Assembly: GCA_963663545.1 (NCBI GenBank)
Contig: OY760505.1
Coordinates: 2,432,001-2,496,000, forward strand
Length of the DNA stretch: 64,000 nucleotides
Direction: 5' to 3'
Origin: Candidatus Delongbacteria bacterium
GTDB taxonomy: Bacteria > CAIWAD01
Made by a program: the position numbers and the translations under genes. Below are positions 10,001 to 18,383 of this stretch, piece after piece. Under the pieces are notes generated by a model. It ran no database searches. It was not told the DNA's origin and saw only the letters and a program-made list of their open reading frames with translations. How positions within the stretch are numbered: position 1 is the first letter of the stretch; the number at the start of each line of letters is the position of its first letter.

Positions 10001-10527
10001 GGTTTATCCATCAGCGCCGCGATCTTCCTGCAGAAGACCAATTAGCTGCGTGGGCGGTTTTTCCGGTACAGGGTGACTGTCCGCTGCGTGTCGAGATTCC
10101 TGCGGGGCACGGCGAGTTGCAGATCTGGGATGGCTACAATTGGACAGCAATGCAGCTCAGTGCTCCGTTCAGCGGAAGGCAGCACGCTGAGCTGGAGGGG
10201 GGGCGGGTCCTGCTTCGGCTCGTTGAGAAAGGATGCGACACACTGCCCAGAAGCCTTGTATTGCACCAAGCCTTTCCCAATCCGTTCAATCCGTCTACAT
10301 GGCTAAGCTATGATCTGCCAACGAAGGGTGATACACGGGTTGTGATACACGATCTGCTTGGTCGCAAGGTTTGTCTGTTGCAAAGTGGCGCACAGGAGGC
10401 TGGTAGTCACCGGCTTCGCTGGGATGGAGTAAATGATGCAGGCGTGCGTGTTGCCAGCGGCGTTTACTTTGCCCATCTATCACACCCAACTGGTGAGTGC
10501 ACTGTTAAAATGATCTTGATCAAATAG
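7033..10527 (+). CDS. Large T9SS-type surface protein: cohesin-like N-terminal domain, tandem Ca-binding cadherin/Ig-like repeats, type-A CTD
   Basis: Signal peptide MKTLILILQLFAATLLHA; repeated LDDYVFD/LNEYVED/RDPGG motifs; FPNPFNP...ASGVYF...KMILIK. Alternative start 7021. Confidence 0.85.
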   Translation: MKTLILILQLFAATLLHAEVADIWMTNLQNEDTVTVQIGSEMEFLVRINTYATRISGFQCFLEFPEELMEPIPYSADANGWLYDMAIFPGIVIFADNHDDRIGYLPDYQLDWCYQSGYVNQEGRPTFLANGTACKFRLRFLQPVDRQVISFIHSNGTFRNTIYWADESAEEHRFNVERPLVIKVVGLSFGPLPDVYLTSAEPEDSLNLYEFLPEIEGYPDSSYTFSWRFIGGQRVCTIDTLRRDDGFWMYYADNGDSERSVDLRITASSNNLSATDTMSVFKGEPPVLSDTMSTSDPFLEFNEDECETIDLDDYVFDLDDPDEDLEWELLNPETIVQMDLNVDHLATFCGPQDWNGRDTLCLVVRDPGGMADTACVIINVLPVNDEPRLMLPDTMRIHPDAVYTLALDSLTYDPDHDDSELTWLCTNDTSLVALRLFPDDYRLELEVQEGTPLWSEVSFVVTAADPTPAFGRDTMLVIVTSYPPVWTNMSDVVLNNGATQTRSLNEYVEDLDDDDNTLVFSCWGNQRTNISIDAGSHVAQFSAPAGWQGVERVYFRVTDPGGEFDIDTIAVASLLGGSPLAGLVPDLIMLPSATDNSIWLNQCVWDLDSPISAMSWQVDHQSLFTATIQPNTNVNVHAPAAMGTVDRPYWTVTDPDGHTATTSSIFAVIDTTGVPVVFPFEEIWMTTSSIDTSICLDDYVVDWDHTPQQISWSTQAATLFTSSVRASDRVLVIQSGSLDGDENLLLTATDPVGNTCNGSVLVHVSEGHPPIVSEFPPRYIIAGQTKTIYEMENYVFDQDLNEVITWSFLDPTDSPVTAVYYADGDSAVIVTDASYTGEDDLIAVATDRDNMSDMAAIRVTSLENRSPVLQSGVLANSAEPGIVDMVVVSNEALRSLEAYRVSDGASITFRRLTVLDDAVELRRADYQPDDVGDTIVVVATDLPGFTMVSGNVAADSIIFSSGSLSSTGDGLVSPDGLLRISSTGNGDSRWFIHQRRDLPAEDQLAAWAVFPVQGDCPLRVEIPAGHGELQIWDGYNWTAMQLSAPFSGRQHAELEGGRVLLRLVEKGCDTLPRSLVLHQAFPNPFNPSTWLSYDLPTKGDTRVVIHDLLGRKVCLLQSGAQEAGSHRLRWDGVNDAGVRVASGVYFAHLSHPTGECTVKMILIK

Positions 10528-10567
10528 GGCGGAAGTCAATATGTGTGCAGGACGTGATACATCCTGG

Positions 10568-11200
10568 ATGATCAAAACCAACGAGATGCGACTACTCTTG
10601 TGCATGGTGTCTTTATCGGCGCTGCTTCTTGGCTGCGGTATCACATCCACAAGTAGTAGTGGTGGCAGCAGACTTGGCGACGCATGGTCTTTGTATCACA
10701 ACGGTGAATATGCTGACGCTGCCGACTTGTTTCAGGAGCTTGTTGACGAGGACCTGTCCGTTGCCGAAGCACTATGCGGAATCGGTTGGTGTCGGCTTCA
10801 TCTGCGTCATCCAGACTTAAGCAGAACGGCTTTCCAGAGCTCCTTGTATGCCGATCAAGAGTATCTGGACAGCCGTGTCGGCGAAGCTTTTGCGCTGCGA
10901 GATGCGTCTGTTCCCGACGATGGTCGTCTGATGGAGCAGGCTCGAGGAAGTCTTCGGGAAGCACCAAGTTACACGTTTTCGCATGAAACACGTATCAATG
11001 CAGATGATTTGCGCGTCCTTCTGGCGCAGGTCTTCTACTACCACCAAGAGTTTGACAGCTGCTATGCACGTTGCCTCGAAGTGGATCCTGCCATCAGCAT
11101 CGCTCCAGAGGATACCTTGAGCTGGTTCATGTATCCTAACTTCCAGTCGGCGCTTTTTGCTGAGCTGGTTCGCTTGTCGGAGCTGGTTTCCAACGATTAG
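10568..11200 (+). CDS. TPR-like lipoprotein
   Basis: Lipobox LLGC; TPR-like helices (AWSLYHNGEYADAADLF). Start could be 10541, 10568 or 10586. Confidence 0.7.
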   Translation: MIKTNEMRLLLCMVSLSALLLGCGITSTSSSGGSRLGDAWSLYHNGEYADAADLFQELVDEDLSVAEALCGIGWCRLHLRHPDLSRTAFQSSLYADQEYLDSRVGEAFALRDASVPDDGRLMEQARGSLREAPSYTFSHETRINADDLRVLLAQVFYYHQEFDSCYARCLEVDPAISIAPEDTLSWFMYPNFQSALFAELVRLSELVSND

Positions 11201-11287
11201 CATGGACGGCGACAGGGCGACTTCTGTTCAATAAGCACCGGAAAGGTGTTACGTGCCCTATTCTGCTAAACTTTGATCAAGAGCTAC

Positions 11288-12109
11288 ATGTCTCACAAGC
11301 ATAGAACGGCTGCCATTTTGCGTAAGCTCTTGCTGGAGTTGGGCCAGTGCCTGCGTTTATGTCTACTGTTGTTGCCGGTTACGTTGCGGCGAAGCCTGCT
11401 TCTACCATGCGCTGGAGTGGGCATATTGAGCCTGACCGTGACACATGGAAGAACATCAGCGCTTCCCTGGCTACTGGTAGGGCTTGTATTGCAATGGATC
11501 TGGCTGCGCCACATTGTTTGTCCAGAGGCTGTGGTTCGACGTTTTGCGCTACCCCTTTCTAGCGCCTTTGCATTGCTGGTGGCGCTTCTTCTGTGGCGCG
11601 ATCTTCAGTTGCCAGCAACCGTGATACAAGGCGCATTTCTGCTCTCGTTGTTACCGGAGTTGTGGTTTGAAGGAATACGCCCTGTGCGAATCCCGCACGG
11701 TCGTCCTTTGTTTGCTGCCTTGATTCTGCATATCAGCGCCACACTTCTGCCTGCGTGCGGATTGTTGCTGGCATTGCATCCCGAACACTCAGAGTTGCTA
11801 ATGAAAATAGCTCGAAGCCTTATGCTAGCAGGTGGTATTGCGGCAGGAGGCATCGTCTTGCTAGGGAATCGGATGGGTCAGGATCCGCGCTGGTGGCCGA
11901 TTTTTCTGGACAAAGCCATTAACAGCCTGGTTCTGCCGTGGGCTTTGCTGGCGTGGGCGGGCATTGGTCCACTGACTTCGCTGATTGCTTGCGCGCTCTG
12001 GTTAGTGGGCGAATGGGATAGCGTTAGCTTGGTGGAACTGTGGCGCCGAGCAGAATTCTTGCATTGGAACTGTGACGATAGAGCAAATGTGGAACAAGAT
12101 TTGCTCTGA
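11288..12109 (+). CDS. Hypothetical multi-pass membrane protein
   Basis: Long hydrophobic ORF filling the gap between genes; no recognised motif. Confidence 0.5.
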   Translation: MSHKHRTAAILRKLLLELGQCLRLCLLLLPVTLRRSLLLPCAGVGILSLTVTHGRTSALPWLLVGLVLQWIWLRHIVCPEAVVRRFALPLSSAFALLVALLLWRDLQLPATVIQGAFLLSLLPELWFEGIRPVRIPHGRPLFAALILHISATLLPACGLLLALHPEHSELLMKIARSLMLAGGIAAGGIVLLGNRMGQDPRWWPIFLDKAINSLVLPWALLAWAGIGPLTSLIACALWLVGEWDSVSLVELWRRAEFLHWNCDDRANVEQDLL

Positions 12110-12310
12110 GCGTGGTTTTTGTGGGTGCGCCGTTGGTTTTTCGGGTATGTTGTTAAAAAACAACACAAGAGATTTCGAAGACATTGGCGCAAGGTTCAGA
12201 CAGATGTTTCGATCCCTTAGCAAATGGCAAGACTTCAAGTTTCATGCTTGGTCAAGTCGTGATATATTGAAGCGATCGAATCCAATTTGATGGATAAGCT
12301 GGAGGCCAGA

Positions 12311-13051
12311 ATGCGGAAAGTGCTGCTGGGTTTGCTGATGTCCGTGCTCACAATTGGTAGCGCGGCGCTGGCGGCGAACAATGACGTCATCGAGTTCGGC
12401 CTTACGGGCCGTTACATGCTGGACGGTGATACTTATGGCGCGGATAATTCGGGCGTCGATTACGCATCAGACACCTACCCCCTCGCTGGTGATTTCCAGA
12501 TGAACTTCGGTGTGAACCTGGCTCTTGGCCACCGGTTCGATAGCCGAAAGGGGCCTTTTGAGGTTCTGTTCAAGTACAACCTCACCACTTCAATGAACGA
12601 TGTCGATAACTATCTCTATGTCGACCAGTACGACACTGTGTCACGCCTGGAGAATGACGGCTCGATTCGTTTGCATGAGTTCTTTGGTGTCGTGCGTTTC
12701 CCCTCCAGTCTGGTACCGGTTGACTTTCTTCAGAGTGACAATCTGTATTACGACTTGGGCTTGGGCGTAGCCACTCTGGTCTACGAGTATGATCAGGCTA
12801 CGTGGTCGAATGTTGCGTTTGTAAATTCTCAGCCGCATACCATCACCCGTAGTGGACTGGCTTTCAATGTGGGCGTCGGTTATCGTTTGCCCCTCACGGA
12901 AACCCTGAGTCTGAACGCGCGCGTCGAGGCGAGCTTCAGCCAGATTCAGGACATCGAGAATTCCGACGGAGATCTGGTGCACAAAAGCCCCGACACCAAC
13001 AACGTGGGTGTCAGCATTGGTGTCACGAAGTATTTCCATTCTCTGTTCTAG
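12311..13051 (+). CDS. Outer-membrane beta-barrel protein (OmpA/OmpW-like, 8-strand type)
   Basis: GGAGG RBS, signal peptide, alternating beta strands (FNVGVGYRLPL, GVSIGVTKYF), C-terminal Phe. Confidence 0.8.
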   Translation: MRKVLLGLLMSVLTIGSAALAANNDVIEFGLTGRYMLDGDTYGADNSGVDYASDTYPLAGDFQMNFGVNLALGHRFDSRKGPFEVLFKYNLTTSMNDVDNYLYVDQYDTVSRLENDGSIRLHEFFGVVRFPSSLVPVDFLQSDNLYYDLGLGVATLVYEYDQATWSNVAFVNSQPHTITRSGLAFNVGVGYRLPLTETLSLNARVEASFSQIQDIENSDGDLVHKSPDTNNVGVSIGVTKYFHSLF

Positions 13052-13073
13052 AGAGCGTTTGTACAGCCTACTC

Positions 13074-13107
13074 AGCGCCGGACCACAACGTGGCTCGGCG
13101 CTTTTTT
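13074..13107 (+). terminator. Rho-independent terminator
   Basis: agcgccg...cggcgct stem followed by T6. Confidence 0.7.
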
Positions 13108-13183
13108 GTGATACATGATTGCACGGCAACGCAATCTTGCTGTAATACTGTCCCGACAGCCCTCCGCGTATTAGATTGGACCC

Positions 13184-13702
13184 ATGAGAAATCTTGCCAC
13201 AATTCTCTTGCTGGTTCTGCTGTGCTCTTGCGGTCGTAGTCCCATGCACCATTGGGAGCACGAGTTCGGCTTCAGCATCGATCTGCCTGAGGAGTTCTCG
13301 ATGGCAACAATGGCCACGGGCGAGGGAAGTGGATCCATCATCTTCTCCTGCGGAAGAGGCTTCGCTACTGATCCCCAGCTTATTGTGCGAGTTGAACCGC
13401 GTATTCGTCCGCTGGGAGAGATGCTCCAAGTGCAGGAGGAAATCAATGCTGCACATCGCGAGGACCTTGGCGAGTGGTTTGCCGATACGCTGGCCAATTC
13501 CATCGGCCTTGGCAGGCGCATTGTTTACACGATCCCCGGGCTGGAGGCCGGTCCGCGTCTGATCGAGGATTTGCGCGTGTATCCCTGGCGCGAACGATAC
13601 TACTCCTTCTTCTTCCGATATCCTGAGGCAAAACCAGAGTGGCAGACGCGCTACAGCAAGTGGATGCGCGACTGCTATTTCCATGATACCGAGCAACGCT
13701 AA
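13184..13702 (+). CDS. Hypothetical lipoprotein
   Basis: Lipoprotein signal LLCSC; stop overlaps the next start. Confidence 0.65.
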   Translation: MRNLATILLLVLLCSCGRSPMHHWEHEFGFSIDLPEEFSMATMATGEGSGSIIFSCGRGFATDPQLIVRVEPRIRPLGEMLQVQEEINAAHREDLGEWFADTLANSIGLGRRIVYTIPGLEAGPRLIEDLRVYPWRERYYSFFFRYPEAKPEWQTRYSKWMRDCYFHDTEQR

Positions 13703-14160
13703 TGAGTGCGTGGCGGGTGATGGGCATCGACTACGGCCTGGTTCGCATAGGGCTTGCGTTAAGTGATGAGCAGCGAACGGTTGCAACTCCACTGAGGACA
13801 CTTTCTGCGGGACAGGGGCTGATGCCCAGGCTGTTCGCTTTGCTCGGCGAGTACAGCGTCGGGCTTGTCGTTGTCGGGCGACCTTGGCGTAGCAACGGAA
13901 GTCCCGGTACCATTGATAGTAGGATCCTCCATTTCAGTCGAGTGCTGCAGACACGGGGCATACACGTCGCTTTTCAAGATGAATCCGGCACGAGTCAGGC
14001 GGCGGATCTGCTGACGGCACCGAATCAGCGGCACAAGCGGGACGGCAAGCGCGACAGGATTGCCGCAGCCTTTCTACTGCAGGAATTCCTGGACGAGCGA
14101 GAAGGGCTACAGGATCTGGACGCGAACGCCAGCGACTTCGCGGAGGAGATTCCCGCATGA
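13702..14160 (+). CDS. ruvX: Holliday junction resolvase-like / pre-16S rRNA nuclease YqgF
   Basis: MGIDYGLVRIGLALSD, VVVGRP, QDESGTS, DRIAAAFLLQEFLD. Confidence 0.9.
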   Translation: MSAWRVMGIDYGLVRIGLALSDEQRTVATPLRTLSAGQGLMPRLFALLGEYSVGLVVVGRPWRSNGSPGTIDSRILHFSRVLQTRGIHVAFQDESGTSQAADLLTAPNQRHKRDGKRDRIAAAFLLQEFLDEREGLQDLDANASDFAEEIPA

Positions 14161-15785
14161 AGGCAGGTGCACGAGTTTGGCTTCCAGCGGCATTGTCGGG
14201 TTTGCTTGGGGCTCTGGCTTTTCCACCCTCTCCGTTTTGGTTGCTCGGTCTACTTGCCTGGGTGCCGCTCATTTCAGTAGTGGATCAAGGTCAAAGGGGA
14301 TTTCGGCCCTTTTTCCTCGCGGGTCTGGTGTATCACGGTTTTACCGTTTACTGGATCGCGCTGAACAGTGACCCGCCCTTTTACCTCGCCTTCGCTAGTT
14401 TTCTGGGCGCATTGCTCTGGCTCTGCACGCTTTGGGGTGTCGTTGGCTGGTTTGCCGTTCGGGCGCGTCGCTGGTGGGGGCGCGGTGGGCTGGCGCTCTT
14501 TCCGCTTATCATGACAGCGATAGACTGGATTGTTGAGGGCGGAGAAATGGGCTTTCCCTGGAACACCATTGGTGTTGGCCAGGCGACGAATCCACTCCTT
14601 CGTAGCCTTGTGGCTGCCGGTGGCATGCATGTACTTACACTGCTCAGCTTAACTATCAATCTTCTGGTGTGGGTCTTGCTGTTGAATAATGCGCAAGATC
14701 TATATAAATCGCGAGTTGCCAAGGTTCTGGGATGGGTTGCGATTCCTTGTGAAGAGCGTGCCACGAAAAGTGCCACATCTATCCTGGCCTTCTTCGCACT
14801 GTTGCTGCTCCCGCTGCTCAGTTACGAAGCTGGTCAGTTGGCGAGTGCCGGGATCCATCCGGCCAGCCAATCTAGAGTGCCAATGTTGCTGGTTCAAAGC
14901 GGTGTGTCGGGACGTGAGAAGTGGGAAAATCCCTACCAATATACCGTTGACCGCCATCTGGAACTGACGCAGCAGGCGCTTCAAGAGCGTGCAGACCAGC
15001 ACTTGAAAATGCCGGAAATCGTGCTCTGGTCCGAGACGGCCGTTCCTACACGCCTGCGGATGCGACGGCCCTTGCAGCAGCAGCTAATACAGTTCTGCCG
15101 GTATTGGAATGTGGATCTGATTACCGGGGCCAACGATGTCACCCGCACAGAAGCGGGAGCCCGCCCGCAGAACGCGGCCTTTGTTCTTGATAGCGAGGGA
15201 ATGGGCGACTTCTATGCCAAACGACGTTTGGTTCCCTTTGGCGAGCGTGTGCCGGGGCAGCGTTGGCTGCCTTTGCTTGGCAAACTAAATCTTGGCCAAG
15301 CCGAGTTTCTGGCAGGGAATTCTGTGGAGCCTGGCCAGCTGGAACTTGCCAACGGCGATAGCCTGCGTATCGGCTGGAGCATCTGTTTCGAAGGGAATTT
15401 TGGCGAGTTGGCTCGTGAGTTCTGTTTGCGCGGTGCCGGTCTGCTGGTGAATCTGACCAACGACAGCTGGTTTCGCATGAGTCGCGAGTACGAGCAGCAT
15501 TTAACCATTGCTGCGCTGCGTTGTCTCGAGTGCGGCCGGTGGATGGCGCGTGCTACAAGCAACGGCTACACAGCTTTTATCAACCCGCAGGGGAAAATCG
15601 TCGACATCCTACCCAAAGGAAGCGCGGGCACATTGTATCACGAAGTGGAAGTGCTCGACGGGTTGACCTGGTACACGCGTTTTGGTCCCGTTGTGCCGCG
15701 CGCTGCGGCAATACTAGCGCTGGTTCTGCTGCTGCTTGGGTGGATGCGCAACCGGTTTCGCCATGGCAGAGAGGCGCAGTCATGA
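14157..15785 (+). CDS. lnt: Apolipoprotein N-acyltransferase
   Basis: GFPW, LWSETA, KRRLVPFGE, ICFE, NLTNDSWF, RATSNGYT. Confidence 0.93.
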   Translation: MKAGARVWLPAALSGLLGALAFPPSPFWLLGLLAWVPLISVVDQGQRGFRPFFLAGLVYHGFTVYWIALNSDPPFYLAFASFLGALLWLCTLWGVVGWFAVRARRWWGRGGLALFPLIMTAIDWIVEGGEMGFPWNTIGVGQATNPLLRSLVAAGGMHVLTLLSLTINLLVWVLLLNNAQDLYKSRVAKVLGWVAIPCEERATKSATSILAFFALLLLPLLSYEAGQLASAGIHPASQSRVPMLLVQSGVSGREKWENPYQYTVDRHLELTQQALQERADQHLKMPEIVLWSETAVPTRLRMRRPLQQQLIQFCRYWNVDLITGANDVTRTEAGARPQNAAFVLDSEGMGDFYAKRRLVPFGERVPGQRWLPLLGKLNLGQAEFLAGNSVEPGQLELANGDSLRIGWSICFEGNFGELAREFCLRGAGLLVNLTNDSWFRMSREYEQHLTIAALRCLECGRWMARATSNGYTAFINPQGKIVDILPKGSAGTLYHEVEVLDGLTWYTRFGPVVPRAAAILALVLLLLGWMRNRFRHGREAQS

Positions 15786-16834
15786 TTCTGCGGCTGTTCT
15801 TGTTGTTGTGCCTTAGTGTGTGGGCTGGCGCGGGTAATCTGTTGCATGTAACAGCCACCTCCAGCACGCGCGTGTTGTCCATGGGCGGTTGCATGGCGGC
15901 CAATAGTAGGCTTCTGGATGCTTCGCTATACAATCCCGCAGCTTTGCGCGTCGATGACAATCGTGGCTATTTCTTTGCCCTGCTAGATCCGGGTGCCACG
16001 GCGAATGTATCACGCACGGGAGAAGCGCGCGACGCCTGGGAATCCTCGACGCCTGGATCGCTTGTGTTGCGTGGTGTGTATCTTGGGTGGGACAGAGTGA
16101 ATCTGGCTCTGAGCAACGGTGAGTACATGCCGCAAAGCGTCAGTCAGCTTAGTCCGACACAGGATGGTCCGACGGTGACAACGGCGGACATCGTTCCCTT
16201 GGCTACGGTAGGGTTCGCATTGGATGAGAAGGTAAGCCTGGGCATCAGCGCTGCGCTGCGGCGACCGACGGAAGGTCATCGGCGGCTTCCCGTGATACGC
16301 TACGGCGTTCTGATTCGCGCCAATCGTCACATGGACGTTGGTGCGGTGGCGCTACACATGCCACCGGCTCTTGCCGATTGCCGTCGCGAGATTGATCGAC
16401 TGGGAGATGAGACCGTCAATCTGGGCGTGTTGTGGTATCCACTGGGGCGGCCACTGCAGCAGCAGCGCGCAGCGCGCATTCCTCGCGACTTAAAAAGTTT
16501 CTATGAATCCGTGGATCTTCGTATCGCATTAGACGTTCGCAATGTTTCTCAGGCACAAGGGCTTGGTGGCAAGCAGGAGCTACACTTCGGCACGAGCTTG
16601 GCCTGGGTCCACCTGGGCGAGATGCGCGCGGGCATCTACTGGCCCAACCCTGATATTGAGGATGCGGAACGCGTGCCGCGCATCAGTTTGGGGCTGGGTC
16701 TCTTTCAGTTTTGGCAGCCGCGTCGGCGCTTGCGTCGCCTGCTTGGCCGTGATTGCTTCATGGAACTGGGCTGGGCCCAGAGTCCCAGCGGTGAAGCAGG
16801 CATCTGGTTGTGGAGCTTGCGATGGGCGATCTAG
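15782..16834 (+). CDS. PorV/FadL-like outer-membrane barrel (possible T9SS shuttle)
   Basis: Signal peptide then STRVLSMGG...ASLYNPAAL, resembling the PorV/UPF0164 N-terminal motif. Confidence 0.6.
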   Translation: MILRLFLLLCLSVWAGAGNLLHVTATSSTRVLSMGGCMAANSRLLDASLYNPAALRVDDNRGYFFALLDPGATANVSRTGEARDAWESSTPGSLVLRGVYLGWDRVNLALSNGEYMPQSVSQLSPTQDGPTVTTADIVPLATVGFALDEKVSLGISAALRRPTEGHRRLPVIRYGVLIRANRHMDVGAVALHMPPALADCRREIDRLGDETVNLGVLWYPLGRPLQQQRAARIPRDLKSFYESVDLRIALDVRNVSQAQGLGGKQELHFGTSLAWVHLGEMRAGIYWPNPDIEDAERVPRISLGLGLFQFWQPRRRLRRLLGRDCFMELGWAQSPSGEAGIWLWSLRWAI

Positions 16835-17010
16835 GATCGAATGCTACTTTGAGGAGCTTTGAAGTCCGAACGGACTCACTGCAAGTTCCGCTTGATAGCA
16901 CCCAAGCGATGCAGAATCATCGTGGCGACCGCCTTCTGGCCTGGCCGCTTGTGCTCTTGTCGATCGTGGCTGGCGCTCTTGCCGTGCGCCTGCTGTTTAC
17001 CAAGCGATAA
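16810..17010 (+). CDS. Small protein with one C-terminal transmembrane helix
   Basis: WPLVLLSIVAGALAVRLLFTKR; fills the gap before bamD. Confidence 0.45.
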   Translation: MELAMGDLGSNATLRSFEVRTDSLQVPLDSTQAMQNHRGDRLLAWPLVLLSIVAGALAVRLLFTKR

Positions 17011-17020
17011 TGAGGATGGA

Positions 17021-17773
17021 ATGACTAAGATCTGTCGGCTCCTGCCCTTACTAGCTGCACTCGTGGTACTGATGACTGCCTGCTCGCAGCGCGTTCGTGA
17101 AATTCCGCCAGTTGAAAGCGCCATGGCGAAGGCGATGAAGGATTTCAATCGCGAGCACTACGTGGATGCGCAAGAGCGCTTTGATCAGATGAGCCTGGAT
17201 TACGCCGGATCTGCGCTGATGGATTCCATCACCTACATGTCCGGTGAGTGCGGCTATCAGATGGAAAACTTCCTGCTGGCTGCGGATCAATTCGAGCAAG
17301 TGGTCAGTCTTTATCCAACCAGTCCGTTGGTCGATGATGCGCGCATTCGTGTCGCCGATTGCTACTACGAACTGTCGCCCAAGTACGCGCTTGACCAGAG
17401 CTACACGTATCGTGCCATCCAGGAGTACCAGATGCTGCTGGATGAGTACCCTGACAGCAAGTTCCGCACACTGGCCGAGGAGCGCGTCAGCGCGTGTCGC
17501 TATAAGCTGGCCTTCAAGGATTTCAAGGCGGCCGAGTTGTATTACAGGCTAAATCAGTGGCCTGCAGCGATCATCTACTGCAACGACATTCTGGAGGACT
17601 GGTACGATCAGCCCACGGTGTGTGAGCGCGCGCATTTTCTGAAGGCGCGCTGCTATGTGGCAATGAAGCTTACCGAAGAAGCACGTGCTACACTGGATGA
17701 TTTTCTGCAGACTTGGCCGGACTCGGAGTATAAAGAGGATGCCGCCAGCGAACTCAAGGCTCTGACTGAGTGA
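17021..17773 (+). CDS. bamD: Outer membrane protein assembly lipoprotein BamD
   Basis: Lipobox MTAC; YPTSPLVDDA, LDQSYTYRAIQEYQ, YPDSKF TPR pattern. Confidence 0.9.
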   Translation: MTKICRLLPLLAALVVLMTACSQRVREIPPVESAMAKAMKDFNREHYVDAQERFDQMSLDYAGSALMDSITYMSGECGYQMENFLLAADQFEQVVSLYPTSPLVDDARIRVADCYYELSPKYALDQSYTYRAIQEYQMLLDEYPDSKFRTLAEERVSACRYKLAFKDFKAAELYYRLNQWPAAIIYCNDILEDWYDQPTVCERAHFLKARCYVAMKLTEEARATLDDFLQTWPDSEYKEDAASELKALTE

Positions 17774-18380
17774 TACACAAGGGGACAAAGGAACTGCCCT
17801 CGGGTCTGCGCCTTGTGTTTGGTGGTGCCTTTGACCCGGTGCATACGGGCCATCTGGCTCTGGCTGAATTTGCTTTGTATCACAGCAAAGCTCACTCTTT
17901 GACTTTTCTACAGCAGGACACAGCCCGTTCAAGACCAGCCATCGTGCGAGTTTTGTGCAGCGCTGTGAGATGCTCAGGTTGGCGATAGAGCGAGAGCCTG
18001 CCTTTCGACTGGATGAGCGCGAAGGACGACGCACTGGAGCAAGCTACACCGTCGACACGCTTGAGGAAATGATTCTGGAGGATTCAGCACCTATCGCCCT
18101 ACTCGTAGGTGGCGACAATCTGGCGGACTTCCGACGCTGGCACCGTTGGCAACGTGTGTTGGCGCTGGCCCGATTGCTGGTGATCAATCGTCCGGGCACT
18201 GTGCTGCCAGCGGATGCCGTGGAACACACGGCGCTTGAATGGCCTGGCATGGAGCTTTCATCCACGTGGCTTCGGCAGCAGTTGGCCCAAGGGACGCATT
18301 GCCGCTATTTGCTGCCGTCCGGTGTCTGGGAATACATTCACGAACATGGCTTGTATCACGGTGATACACCCGGAGAGTGA
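17770..18380 (+). pseudogene. nadD: Nicotinate-nucleotide adenylyltransferase split by a 1-bp frameshift near 17911 (may be a sequencing error)
   Basis: FGGAFDPVHTGH in one frame; AGHSPFK...SYTVDTL, LVGGDN, SSTWLR in the other. Confidence 0.88.
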
Positions 18381-18383
18381 GAA

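Noticed and set aside
12641..13801. 386-aa minus-strand ORF
   Set aside because: Antisense to two better-supported genes and crosses a terminator
16859..17020. N-terminal extension of BamD from TTG 16859
   Set aside because: The lipoprotein signal starts at ATG 17021 with its own GAGGA RBS; the extension is not protein-like
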